The translations under genes and the position numbers were made by a program. Source: Penicillus capitatus (taxonomy: Eukaryota; Plantae; Chlorophyta). Taken from it: 64,000 nt of DNA. The stretch is taken from the NCBI GenBank assembly GCA_965649825.1, contig OZ287711.1, positions 355,201-419,200 on the forward strand, given 5' to 3'. A model generated the notes under the pieces. It had not been told where the DNA came from. It saw only the letters and a program-made list of their open reading frames with translations, and did no database searches. Positions 37,765 to 49,320 of the stretch are shown piece by piece (the stretch's first letter is position 1; the number at the start of each line of letters is the position of its first letter).

Positions 37765-38019
37765 GGTGTCCCATCGAACGGCGACACAGAGGCGAGCTTA
37801 GACGAAGGAGAGAAACACGCCGTTCCACCGCACGGCGACAAAAACGTCGCGTCGGACGATGGCACCGTGTGACTTGACTCTCAACTGTCCCGTCAGACGC
37901 GGACGTTGGATGCGCCTGACGCAATGTAAGATATGCGTTACTTCGCGCGATTCGTCTGTCTCCTTCCCGTAGCATGGAGCTAAGCGTTTTGGCCGGCCCA
38001 TCATGACGCGGGCCCAGAA

Positions 38020-38135
38020 TATTATTAGCAAACCTCCGACCTATTATTAGCAAACCTCCGACCTATTATTAGCAAACCTCCGACCTATTATTAGCAAACC
38101 TCCAACCTATTATTAGCAAACCTCCAACCTATTAT
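38020..38135. repeat. Second 22-bp array (about 5 units), same unit and orientation as 36373
   Basis: ctattattagcaaacctccgac repeats, last two with ccaac. Confidence 0.97.
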
Positions 38136-39504
38136 TGGCCATATCTTATGCTATTGTTCGGATAAAACACTGATATCGCCATATCTCAACAGCGCTGTAA
38201 AGGACGAAGGATTGCCTTGTTTACGATTTTGTGTTTTCAAGTCGTTTTCGTATCGGTTCACCAGGGTCTCTTCATGGATTCTGGGTAGGAAAAAAACTAA
38301 ACGATTCGTTTTGTGAAAAGCAGGGAGTTGGTAGCGATGCGTCGAGGTGAGATGCGCGACGTGACAGGAGGCACGTGCAGTCCTAGAAAATAAAGCACCG
38401 TGACTTGATAGATGATGCGGACAGAATCAATTCAAGTTGGAAACTCAATTGGTAAATCCCAGAGGACTAGAAGATAGTTACGGGGGTGAAACTAGTGGCA
38501 AAGCCACTTGAGTTCCTCCGGCTATTCAGTAACTCTTGGATAAGTTCTGCGCGAAGTTCAGGGAGACTTCTTGGTTCTCGAGGCAACAGTGAGTGCTTTC
38601 TTGTTCTTTGCGTTGCGTGTTTGCTTATCGAAAGTTCTGTTTCATTGTTGCCTTTTCTGTGCACTTCTTCATTCATGGCTCGAAATCTGACTATAACTCG
38701 ATTTCTGAGAACTCTCCTGCCCTTCTCGCGAACAACACTCTTCTCGCGGTCCAAATGTTTAAAGAAAGCAGAAGAGAATCATGAAAGATTGTTTGCAGGG
38801 ATGACGTAAAGTTAAGCAGTCGTGCACCGGCTCTTGATCATATCTATTCTTCTCATTCATACCGTCGTGTGTCGGCGAAAGCTTTAGCGAATTTTCTAGA
38901 ACGATACGACTCTGTCGCTTAAAGCGTCGACCTCTATAGAACACACGCGCAGTTTAAGATGCTATCGCAGCTTGTCGACTTGTTCGGAGTCGATTGTTCC
39001 ATCGCGCGTCATGTACACCTCATTGAACAACGAAGATCCATTTGTGGCATTGCCATTCGACGTTCGAGTGGCGTTCGCGAACGGATCTTACAACGTCAAC
39101 CCTCCACGAGAAGAGAGAGGGTCATGGACGCCGTTTTGTTGTTGTTTCTTCGCAGAAGATATCGATGTAATGAAAAATGCAGACCTCTTGATGTCGGCAA
39201 AGAGGATCGTGGTCTCTCAACGATCTTCGCCGAATCGTGCTGTGCGATGATGGGAAAGGGAATAACACTTTATGTACTGTTAAGGACAAGCACATGTGTT
39301 TCAACGCATCGCAATTTGCGATTTGGTCCTGAACAGATTCGTCCTCTGATGTCTTAGCAAAGGCAACCCGATCTCCGCAAAACTGAATAGCGAAGACCGA
39401 GAGGAACAGGAGTTCTGAAACCTAGTCAAATAGAACGACCCTCTGACGGATACCAATAAAGACACATGCACGTCTATCTGTACGTCACGCCATTGAACTC
39501 GCAT

Positions 39505-41310
39505 TCACCAATCTAAATCAAGGTTTCCAACGCCCTGGGAAAAATGACGGAGCGACGGCAGCCTTTTGAAAAGGGCTGCACCGGGATCCGGCCTGTTAAC
39601 AAGGACTCTGCGATGAAAGGCGTAATATGAAAAGGTCACGTGCAGCCTTTGCAGTTTCTTTAGGTTCTCTCCCGAAAGTCTCTCCAGAAAAACATCATAT
39701 TGTTCAAAACAAGAGACGTTAACTCTCAAGGATCTCAAATTCGTGAGAAGATTGACCTGTGAATGGAGATCGATGGATGCCGGGCCTTTCACTCCAGTAA
39801 GACTGTGTAAACCAAGTTCGGTCAATTCTGGCAAGGAGGCCAAGTTTTGGTAGGCAACCACATCAACGTCCACTCGTCTGAGGTCTAATCTTCTTAGTTT
39901 TCGCATCCGGACAAAAAGACAGCTTGACAACGACTGCCTCAAATTGGTACTTACTACTTTCAGCCACTGCAGATTTGGCATCGACTCCAACGCCTGAACA
40001 AGGCCCTCGAGACAGCTCTGGTCCCAGATGAGAACGTCAAAGTGCGTGATGTCTGTCAGGCGCATCTTCTGTAGCAAAGATGCCTTGAACTCCCAAGAGA
40101 GCTTGGTCAACTGCATCGAACTCGCGTGGGTTGGTGTGCGGATCTGTCGAGCGGTTTCGCAATCCGGCTTGAAGGTCAGCGCTTTCAGCTTGGACATCGA
40201 AAAGATGCAATCGAGAATGTGTTTGGCCTTCGGCATTGATACTTCAAAGATCTCCAGGGAAGTTAGCCCGCTTAGATTCTTCAATATCCTGGCGAGAACT
40301 TTGTCCCTCACTTTGATTTTCCTCAGCACAAGCTCATCCAACTGCGAAAGGTGTCTCGAAGCAGCGTAGTCTTTGAGCTTCAGCTTTACGCCACCCGATT
40401 CATCGATTGTCAAAGAACGCAGATTTGGAGCGAGCTTATGGATGGCCTACAAGAGAATACACTCCGAAGAATGGCAAACCGGAACAGACATGACCTGCAG
40501 TGAGACACGACCGACAGCAGAATAAGAGAGATCGCTTAGAAACTCAAGTCTTGTCAACTGCGTCTGAGTTCCGAAGATGAACTGGTTCTCTCTGTTGACG
40601 ACGAAACTCAGCTTCGCATACAGCTCTCTGAGTTTCGTAATCTCTGTGATCGGAGCCATGTCTATCGTCCCGACCGGCGCTTTCTCCCCGTCCAGTTTGA
40701 GCGCTCTCAGATCCGTCAGGAACCGCAGCGTCCCCAAAAGGTCGAGAAAAGCGGACTCCGTGTGTACGCTGAGTGAGAGGGATCGCACTGAGTGCAAGGC
40801 CGGTAGAGAGTTTTGCAGAAAATGGACAAAAGGCCAGTCAGTTATAGAGAGCTCGAGGTGCGTGATGCGATCCAGCTTCGACAGGCAGGGCAGAAGATGG
40901 TTTTCGATGGTAGTACATTCCCAGGAGATGTCGTTACTGAGCTTCAATGAACAGGCGTTTGGAAACTGGTCCGGATCGAAATAACGATCGCTGTGGAGAC
41001 TGATGTTGAGTTTCACTGGGAGCTTGTTGCAGACCTCGTACCACTTACGACAAACGCGACGGCATTCGTGCAGTCCGCTGTCGACGAGATGGACGAGGAC
41101 CTTCGACAGGATGTCCTCCCGCAACAGGAGGTCTCCTAGGTCTTCGCGAATCTCCATGTTCGTGACGGCGTTCTCAGAGACGGAACCAACCACCGACGCC
41201 TAGTTCGGCGATAGGGAAAGAAGACACCGCGAGCGACACTGGAACAACTTCGCAGCGCGAACCTTCTTGGAACTCCACAACTTAATGCCAGATGCGAAAA
41301 CGTCGAGCAT
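39505..41310 (-). CDS. F-box-like + LRR protein, paralog 5
   Basis: Exons 41310-41263, 41199-40495, 40446-39505 (introns of 63 and 48 nt, phase 0); ILSKVLVHLVDSGLHECRRVCRKW; SLQ joins AIHKLAPNLRSL. Confidence 0.85.
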
Positions 41311-42261
41311 AACAAGTTAACTTCCGGCCGACCGTTCTCCGTCGTCGAATGGTTGACTGCAGGGAAGATTGCCAAAAGCCGTGGTATGAATGACAAAATC
41401 ACAAAGCATTATGCTTCGAGTTGACGACGACCAATCGAACATCGGCTGATGTGACATCGGATCTTGTTGAATCCTTTCGACTGCGAACATACTCGGACAC
41501 AATGGATTCTTTCTTCGCATTGTCCCTCAAAAAACTGGCAGAGCACGACTCCAAGAATCTCCACTGTTCTTTTCTGTTCGCTATGGATGCGCTGCCGACG
41601 ATGGACTCAAACAAACAACATCCATCCCAAAGTAGCAAATGGACCAGTGCGCACGCACATTCCAAACATCATAGAGAAAGATGACAGGCTGTCACTTATG
41701 ATCGAATCCTCTCTGCCAGCGAGGAGCATTTAACTCCCCATCAACAGACCGCTCTCATGAGTGACTTATTCACTGTAGGTTAGGAGACCCGTCGCGGTTC
41801 ATCGCGCCGACTGTGCCATTTGCGGCTCACTTGTCGCGCCGAGGCCGTCTTCACCGACCGCCGACAGGAAATCGGCAAGCAGGTCAGCCCTCCTCTGGAG
41901 CGACTGGTCTTCCCGCTGAAGCGTTCTGCGCACCAGAATCGATTCGAATGACCTGATGACCCGTGGGTCGGTGTGCTTCGACGACACCCCGGGTCTTCGA
42001 AAGCGGCGAACGACCCCGTCAGGTCGTCTTCGCAATTCGTCGAACATATGGCCGAGTTTCGGTGGCAGCGAAGACGCGCGGGTGTCTCCGAGGGAGATGC
42101 GCATCCGTCGGGACAAGTATCCCCGCACGGGATCCGACGCCGTGGACGCATGCGACCATCAAGAGTGCGCGATCTGTCGGTTGGAACGGCACGCCGGACG
42201 TCGATTGCAGCTCGCACTCGCATTCAACTCGGCAGTCGTGCGTCTTACAGGCCACGTCTTT

Positions 42262-43259
42262 TCACGCCTCCCCGAACACTTTGCCAAATCTCTGCTCCTG
42301 TTCCTGTAGAATGGTCGGCCTGACGCCCTTGCCCTTCGGCAGCGACACCAGCGGCTTGTCCGCCTTCCCGATGACGAAGACGTTGGAGATGCGCGTCGCG
42401 AACGTGTTTCCTGCGTCGTCTTCTATGTGGACGATGTCGAACGAGCCCTTGTGCCTCTCCTTGTGCTTGATCTTGCCGATCCTCCCGACGTTCTTCCCGC
42501 CCGTCACCATCGCCATGCTGCCCACCTCGAACTTGATGAAGTCTTTGATCTTCCCCGTCTCGATGTCCAGCAGCACCGTGTCGTTGACCTGAGCAGACAC
42601 ACCGCCACCGCTGGCCCTCTCACTCCTCGCCCAGGAAGGCGACGCACCCGAATCAGGGGATCAGGAAATCGGATGGTTCTGCCGTCGTGCGTTCCCACGA
42701 ACGGCAGTCCCTTGTGCCCGACCTGCAGCTTGCGAATCTTGCAGAGCTTGTAGCTGGCCTCCTCCTTGGTGATGCGGTGAGCGACGAATCGCCCCTTGGC
42801 GTCGTACAGCAGCCTGTCTCGCACGGGGCCGATGAGGAACGAGGTGACAGGAACGCTCCGACCTGAAGTACTCGTTGGTCTTCTCGATGTGCACCACGTC
42901 CATGAACCCGGTCGGGAATGTCGCATCCGTCCGCACCTTGCCGTCGATCTTGACGAAGCGGTTGCTCAGGATCGCCCGAACCTCGCGTCCCGTCAGCGCG
43001 TACCTCCACACCGTGTCTCGGCCTCCGCATGCGCCGGATGGGTCCTCTACTTGAGGCGGTTGCGCAGGAGGATGATGAGCGGCAGGCAGTCGCGTTGAGG
43101 GTGTGGTCCGCACGAAGGCTTCGGCGCCTGAACGCACAAACGGCGCTTGGGCTCAGAGCGCAGGAAGGAGAGACGGACGAAGATCCCGCCCAGTTTGTCG
43201 AGCATCCAGTGGCTCGGCGCATTGAGGCGCTTCAGGTGCTTCTTCGGTCCGCGAGGCAT
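42262..43259 (-). CDS. RPS4: 40S ribosomal protein S4 (eS4)
   Basis: [66 protein letters not shown]; introns 43128-43178, 43004-43050, 42814-42862, 42589-42647. Confidence 0.97.
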
Positions 43260-43403
43260 GACGTCGACTTTCTGAACGCCGCCAGAGAACGCAGTGCGTT
43301 TTCAATTCGCATGCATTCCATTCATCAGGATGGGCTCATTAGACGGGCGAACGGACGGGCGATTTAGGGAGTCTAATGAGGCCATCACGAGATCGTCCGC
43401 TCC

Positions 43404-45444
43404 ATGTCTCGAAGGATGGCGCAGACCGTGGAGTGCAGATGGCGCTGGAGCGTGCCGTCGACTGCGGGACGCACCGTCCGGCGTCCCTCTCGGCCGACGC
43501 GTCTCAGCGTGACCGCCGAGGTGAACGGCCGAGAGGGACAGCGCGGCGAGAACAGCGTCCAGTCGGCGCTCGGCGATGTGGCCAGTCGCATCTTGGAAGA
43601 CGGCGGAGCCGCCCAGCTGCAGGAGCAACGGACGAAGCCCCTCAAGATCAACCGAGACCTTTTGCTGGTGCGCGGCCTCGAATTCTGAGCACCGACGAGT
43701 GGCCGAGGATTTCGTGGTGCGTGTAGCACCGAGCCAAGATGTGCCGGCGACAAGGCGTGATCGCGACGGACGCCGACCAGCGCGAGAAGATGTTTCGACA
43801 GGCAGAGGCGAGCTACCAACGCATCCTGTCCATGGATCCCACGGACGGTCGGGCCTACGTCGGACTCGGCCGCCTCCTCGAAATCGAAAGGCGCTACGAC
43901 GACGCGCGTCGCCTTCTAGAGGACGGCTGCGCCGTGGCAGGTCGCTCCTTCAACTCTCTCTCTCTTCGGACGTCGCACGAACGAGGGTGCTGCTTAGAGG
44001 GGGCCAATCCGTTCCTGTGGACGGCCCTGGGGAACCTGGAGGCGAAGGAGAATCGGCTCGACGCAGCGCGGAACAGCTTCGAGGCCGCCATCACGGCGGA
44101 TCGGTCCGTCTGTTCGTTTTTTGTCGGCGGTGGACCGAGGCGCCGAAGTGCAGGTCCCACGAGGCGGCGTGGCACGCGTGGGGGGAGTTGGAGAAGAGGG
44201 ACGGAAACTATCAGTTGGCGAAGGACTGCTGGATGAAGGGCATTCGCCACGCCAAGGGGACGCCGTCCCCCTACCTCTTCCTGTCGCTGGCAAGACTGGC
44301 GACGGACCTCGGCCTCTACGACCAGGCCAGACACTGGTTCAGGTGCGTTCCCTCTCGGCGGGGCGATTCGGCGACGGGATCCCTCAGGACCGGGACGGGG
44401 ACGGCCAGAGGTTCGAAGAGCTACGTCTTGTGGACGGCCTGGGCGTTGCTGGAACAGAAACAGGGACAGACGCAACTGATGCGACGGCTCTTCGAGCAGT
44501 CCCTCAAGGTAAGGGCCCGTTCGCAGTGCCACGGGACGCGCTCTGTGGAGGCCAGCTGGGTCCGAAGGGGCGGTACGTGTACCTCTCCTGGGGATGCATC
44601 GAGCAGAAGGAGGGACGCCTGGAAGAAGCTCGGAAGCTCTTCCTGCGGTCAGCCGCCGCCTCGACGCGCTCAGCGGTACTGACCGACTGACGCGATGCAG
44701 GGGACACGCGAAGAATCCGGCAGACGCGGCCTTGCTGCAGGCCCTGGCTCGCCTGGAAACGCAGTGCGGGAACTTCGAAGAGGCGCGGATGCGCTTTCAG
44801 CAGGTGAGCATCGGGGAGTCGGAGAGGCGGGAAGATCGGTGCTGCGTGGCGCAGAGCGTCGACGTCGACCCTCGACACCTGCACTCCTGGCAGGCGTGGG
44901 GCGTCTTCGAGTCGCGGCTGGGGAACCACGAACGGGCGAGGGATCTCTTCCAGCGCGGCATCTGGGCTGCGCCCAGCTCCCGGAACGCCGCCGTCATCTT
45001 CGAGGTCCGGTCCGTCCGCGGATGTCCGCTGTCCGAGGGCGGGTGGGCTGCAGGCGTGGGGTCGGATGGAGGAGCGCCTCGGAGACCTGGACGCGGCGCG
45101 GACGCTGTTCAAGTACGGCGTCAAGGTGGATCCGCGCAACGAGGCGGTGTGGATTGCCTGGATCCAGCTCGAGGAGAACGCAGGGGACATGTACCGGGCC
45201 AACGAACTGCGAAACTACTCGGCGCAGGAACGCCTCGCGATCGCGCTGCCGAAGGACTTCAGCACGATGACGGAGAACGCCGACGTCTTCGGAGAGTTCT
45301 TCGCGAAGGTGCGCTCCTGCACGTGGCGATCGCCGCGACGATCTCTGGTCTGTGCGACAGTTCTCGGACTGGCTGACGAGAAGACAGGCGCCTTCCTCCG
45401 CGCGACGCGACTCCGCCGGCTCTCTCGCCGAACGGTCTGTGTAA
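43404..45444 (+). CDS. MBB1: HAT/TPR-repeat plastid psbB/psbH mRNA maturation factor (Mbb1/HCF107-like), multi-exon
   Basis: Ser/Arg-rich transit-like N-terminus, KPLKINRDLLL, HAT repeats (AWHAWGELEKRDGN, WQAWGVFESRLGNHERARDLFQRG, VWIAWIQLEE), multiple short introns, stop TAA 45444. Confidence 0.82.
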
Positions 45445-45590
45445 GAAGCGAGGCGCCTGACGCCTTTTTCGCTGCGCTGCGTCGCGGACGCGTGTCCGAG
45501 ACGTCATGGACGGTTGGCCTCGTGCAGTACACGCTGCCGAATCCGTTTTCGTCTCGCCGCTGGGCTCGCTTTCGTATCTCCCGTCGAAGC

Positions 45591-47968
45591 ATGTCCGTTT
45601 TTCCAGAACGCGCAAGACGCCTCGCAGACGCGTCGACGGAAACGTCTGCCATGCGCCCTGGCGACGTCCGCGCCGCGTGGTTCGCCGTGGACGCCCAGAC
45701 CGGCACCGAAATCCCCCCATGCCTTTCGGATCTCATGTGCTTTGACGCCCCGGAGTGCTTCGCGGTTCGTCCCCGCCTCGTTCGGCCTTCGCCCCGTCAG
45801 CTTCCTTCTTCCAGATTCGATGCCGACGCGGGTTCGAGGCCGAGGAGTGGAACTGGAAGGAGAGTCTGCGTTCGAGGACGACGAGCGGCGTGCCGATCTC
45901 GCACGTTGCCTACCTGCCCGACCTCGACGCCGTCTGCGTGGTCGCCGGTCGCGACGTCTTCCTCTGCCCCAAAGGCGCATCCGCGGAGTCGGCGCTCGAG
46001 ATGCGCCAGGCGGCACCCGTCTGTTTCGTCGGATACGCAGGCGAGGCGCGGACCCTCGTCGTCCTGACGGACGCCACGGTGCGGGAGTTCCCGCGAGAGA
46101 CGTCGCTCTCGAAGGTGACGCTGCTGTAGGTCCATTCGCACCACGTGGAGACTCTTCCCTGCGGCAGTTTCGAGGTGGGCGACCGGGAAGGCGCGGCGAG
46201 TCTCCCGTCGAAGCCGACGGCCTTCGCGACGGTGTCCGACGGGCGTTTCGTCGTCGGCGGAGAGAACGGACGTCTCTGCGACGTCTCCGTCCGACGTTCC
46301 GGCTCCGTCGCGCGGGTGCAGATCGACGACGTGCGCCACGGCGTGGACTGGGCTTCGCTGATCTGCGACTTCGTCGCGCAGCAGCTCGGCCTTCGCCGAT
46401 CCAGCCCCGTTCTGTCCGTCACGGTCGACGCCCGGGAGGAACTGCTCGTCTGTCTCCACGCGGACTCTGAGATCGAGGTCTTCGTCTTCGAGGGCGACGC
46501 CCCTCTCCGCTGCGTCGGGCAGTTTCACCAGCCGGGCGTCGAAGTGCATTCCATCGTACGCATTCCGCTGCCGCACCACCCTCTCTGCCTGCTGGGACTC
46601 AGCGCCGACGGCGTGCAGCACTGGCTTCTGCCCGGTCCTCACCGCGGCTGCCTCTCGCCGCCCGGCGCGTACCATCCGTTGGAGCTGGTGGCCTCGGGCC
46701 TCTCCCTGTTCAAGGAGCTGCGGCAGACAAGGAACGATGTCGTGCGCGCAGTCGGCTGCGCCGGAGGCAGACTGCTTCTCGCCTTCACCGACATCGGCCG
46801 AGAGACGCCGGCGACGACGCTCAGGTGGGTCTCGCTCGGCCCCGTCCGCCGCGAGGTGCCGGACCTCGTCGTCGAGGAGATCCCGAAGGAGTACCCGGGA
46901 GGCTTCCGAGGCTGCTTCGAACTGGAGCCGCCCGCGTGGATCGCCGATGCGTACCGCCCGCTCGAGTCGCTGGAGCAGCCGAGCGATCCTCTGACGCAGC
47001 AGCTGCTCAGCCCGACGCCTCGCTTCGTCGTCCTGACCGACGAGGCCCTGGTGTTCGTCCGAGGCGAGTGGCCCTTCCGCTCCCTCTCGAAGGTCCTCGC
47101 CGAGCGGGACGCGAGTGGCCTCGGGCTCTTCGTCCGGATCCACAGCGCCGAGGAGACGGTGGCCTCGGCGATCATGCTCGCCATGGTCAGGGAAGGGGTG
47201 CGCAGGTCCATCGCCTCGCGCCCACTCTGAGCGACGTCTCTGTCCAGGCCGGCGTTGGTTGGGCGATGGGCGACGCTAAGATCCAGTGCGCCCTGGTCGA
47301 TGGATTCCGCACGTTCTTCCGCAGGCTCATGTCGCCGATCTGGGCGCGGCCGCTCTTCAGAGTCTCCGTCGGACGCGCGGCGCTGGACGTCGACGTCGAG
47401 CTCTCTGTCGTACAGGTTTGCGCCTCACTCATCCGAGCCTCCAGCACGGACCCCTCTCTTCTCTAGTGGTACCTCTCGACGCTCGTCATCCTGCGCCGCG
47501 TCGTGGACGCGTTCGTCCGAGACGTCAGGGACAGGCAGCTCTACGGGAAGCCGGTGCTCTCGATCGAGGATCTCGGCAGGATCCGGCAGTTCAGGCACGC
47601 ACCGCTCGTCCATCCGCGCCGTCGCGCAACCTGTTTCCCGCAGGTCGCTCGTGGAGAGCTGCGTCCAGACCCTGACCGTGGTGCAGACGATGTGCGGATG
47701 CCCGATCTCGGACTACCGTCTCCTGCTGCTCAACGAGGACCTGCTGCTGGCCCTGATCGGCGACGTCATGACGCGCTGCCCGCTCTGGAGGTGGGACTTC
47801 AAGGTCTGGTGTCTCAGAGAGCTGTCCTGCATGTCGGTGCACGCGTCGCCTCTGCTGGAGGTCATGACGCGGCTGCGATGGCGCGGCTGGATGCCGGACA
47901 GGGAGGAGTGGACGAGGCTGTCCGACGACGCACCCGACTTCTGCCGGGCGCTCAGGCGGTGCACGTAG
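45591..47968 (+). CDS. NUP155: Divergent, C-terminally short nucleoporin Nup155/Nup170-like protein
   Basis: Motif order resembles Nup155: SDGRFVVGGENGRL, PVLSVTVDAREELL, QQLLSPTPRFVVLT, FFRRLMSPIW, LVESCVQTL. Frame ends at 47968, just before the convergent kinase. Exon structure only partly resolved. Confidence 0.68.
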
Positions 47969-48177
47969 CGGCGCTTAAAATGATCGATTACAGGCAGACA
48001 GTTTATGCGAAGCGTGTCCGAGAGAATCCCCGCTCTCCCTTGCACGTCATGAGTCCAAAAACACAAGGGCCGTCGCACGGCAGTCTGTCTCTGCCTGACT
48101 CTTGTCAAACGTTTGGAGCAACAATGCTGGAAAACTTGATCTTGTAATTGACCGCTCGTTCGCCGCCGCCGTCCCGA

Positions 48178-49131
48178 TCACAGAGGAACGCGGGCGTCCT
48201 CGCACAGCGCACGGATCTCGGCCTCGGTCTGCAGGTCCGGCTGCGCCTCGGCGTTCTCGTTCATGTCCAGCGCGCCCGGCGGCAGGTCCTTCTTGTACCA
48301 CGGGTGGTTCTGGATGTCTCCGATCGTCAGACGCTGCGCGGGGTCGGAGACGAGGATCCTGCGAACGAGGTCCTCGCACTCGCCGGACATCGTCCCCTCC
48401 GGGATCTCGTAGTCGAGGTCCTTCAGGCGCTGGCGGATCTCGTTGGCGTGGCGCCTCGGGTCCTCGCCGCTGCGCTCGAACGGGTAGCGCCCGACCATCA
48501 TCACGTACAGCAGCACGCCGCAGCACCAGATGTCGGCCGTCTTGCCGTCGTAGGGGTCCTTCGGGCTCTCGCGGAAGACCACCTCCGGCGCCAGATAGGG
48601 ACGCGTTCCGACCAGGGACGTCGGAACGGAGTCCTCGACGACGTGCTTGGAGTATCCGAAGTCGCAGATCTTGACCAGTGGCCACGCCTTGTCGTCCAGC
48701 AGCGTGTTCTCGAGCTTGATGTCGCGGTTGGCGACGCCCATCCGGTGGCAGTAGTCGAGTCCGATGATCAGCTGCTGGAAGAACCACCTGGCCAGCTCCT
48801 CGGAGACGCCTCTGTGCTGGCGGATGTAGTCCATGAGGTCGCCTCCGGGTGCGTACTCCATGATGATGGCGAGGTGGCGCTTCGTCAGGAAGACGCCCTT
48901 GAACTGGACGACGTGGTGGTGCAGCAGGTTCTTGTGGTTCAGAATCTCGCGCTCGACGTTGACGTTGATGCGCGGGCCCCTGGGCAGGAACTTGATGGCG
49001 ACCTTCTCGTTGTTGGCCTTCGTGTCCTCGGCGAGGAAGACGAAGCCGAATGCGCCGCGGTTCAGCTCGCGGACCTTCACGTATCGCGGGTGGTCGGCCA
49101 GCGGATTCTCGTTGTCGGAGTCGACCGGCAT
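48178..49131 (-). CDS. SNRK2: SnRK2-family Ser/Thr kinase, single exon, 317 aa
   Basis: LNRGAFG, VAIKFLPRG, EREILNH, RDIKLENTLL, KICDFGYSK, VGTRPYLAPEV, YDGKTADIWCCGV; SnRK2-box-like QTEAEIRAL. Confidence 0.95.
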   Translation of the reverse strand: MPVDSDNENPLADHPRYVKVRELNRGAFGFVFLAEDTKANNEKVAIKFLPRGPRINVNVEREILNHKNLLHHHVVQFKGVFLTKRHLAIIMEYAPGGDLMDYIRQHRGVSEELARWFFQQLIIGLDYCHRMGVANRDIKLENTLLDDKAWPLVKICDFGYSKHVVEDSVPTSLVGTRPYLAPEVVFRESPKDPYDGKTADIWCCGVLLYVMMVGRYPFERSGEDPRRHANEIRQRLKDLDYEIPEGTMSGECEDLVRRILVSDPAQRLTIGDIQNHPWYKKDLPPGALDMNENAEAQPDLQTEAEIRALCEDARVPL

Positions 49132-49320
49132 TGTTCTGCGTGCGTCTGACGGGAAACGCGACGAGCGATGACGCGACCGCGACGAACTGTCGGTGCAGCG
49201 CTGCGAATGGCGTCATCTAGCGCCATCGCCCATTTAGACCATTGTCCTGCGAGGCGCTTCCTGCCGTGCTGCGCCAGTCCATTCCGCCAGACGGAGTCCA
49301 TTCGTCCGACTGGCGACGCC

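Noticed and set aside
36373-38135. CRISPR-like or telomeric array
   Set aside because: Units are contiguous with no unique spacers, there are no cas genes, and the unit is not a telomere motif; the 6.3, 26.7 and 59.6 kb arrays also lack spacers.
39150-39230. Class III nucleotide cyclase motif TTILFADIK (minus strand)
   Set aside because: Flanked by in-frame stops and no other cyclase motifs.
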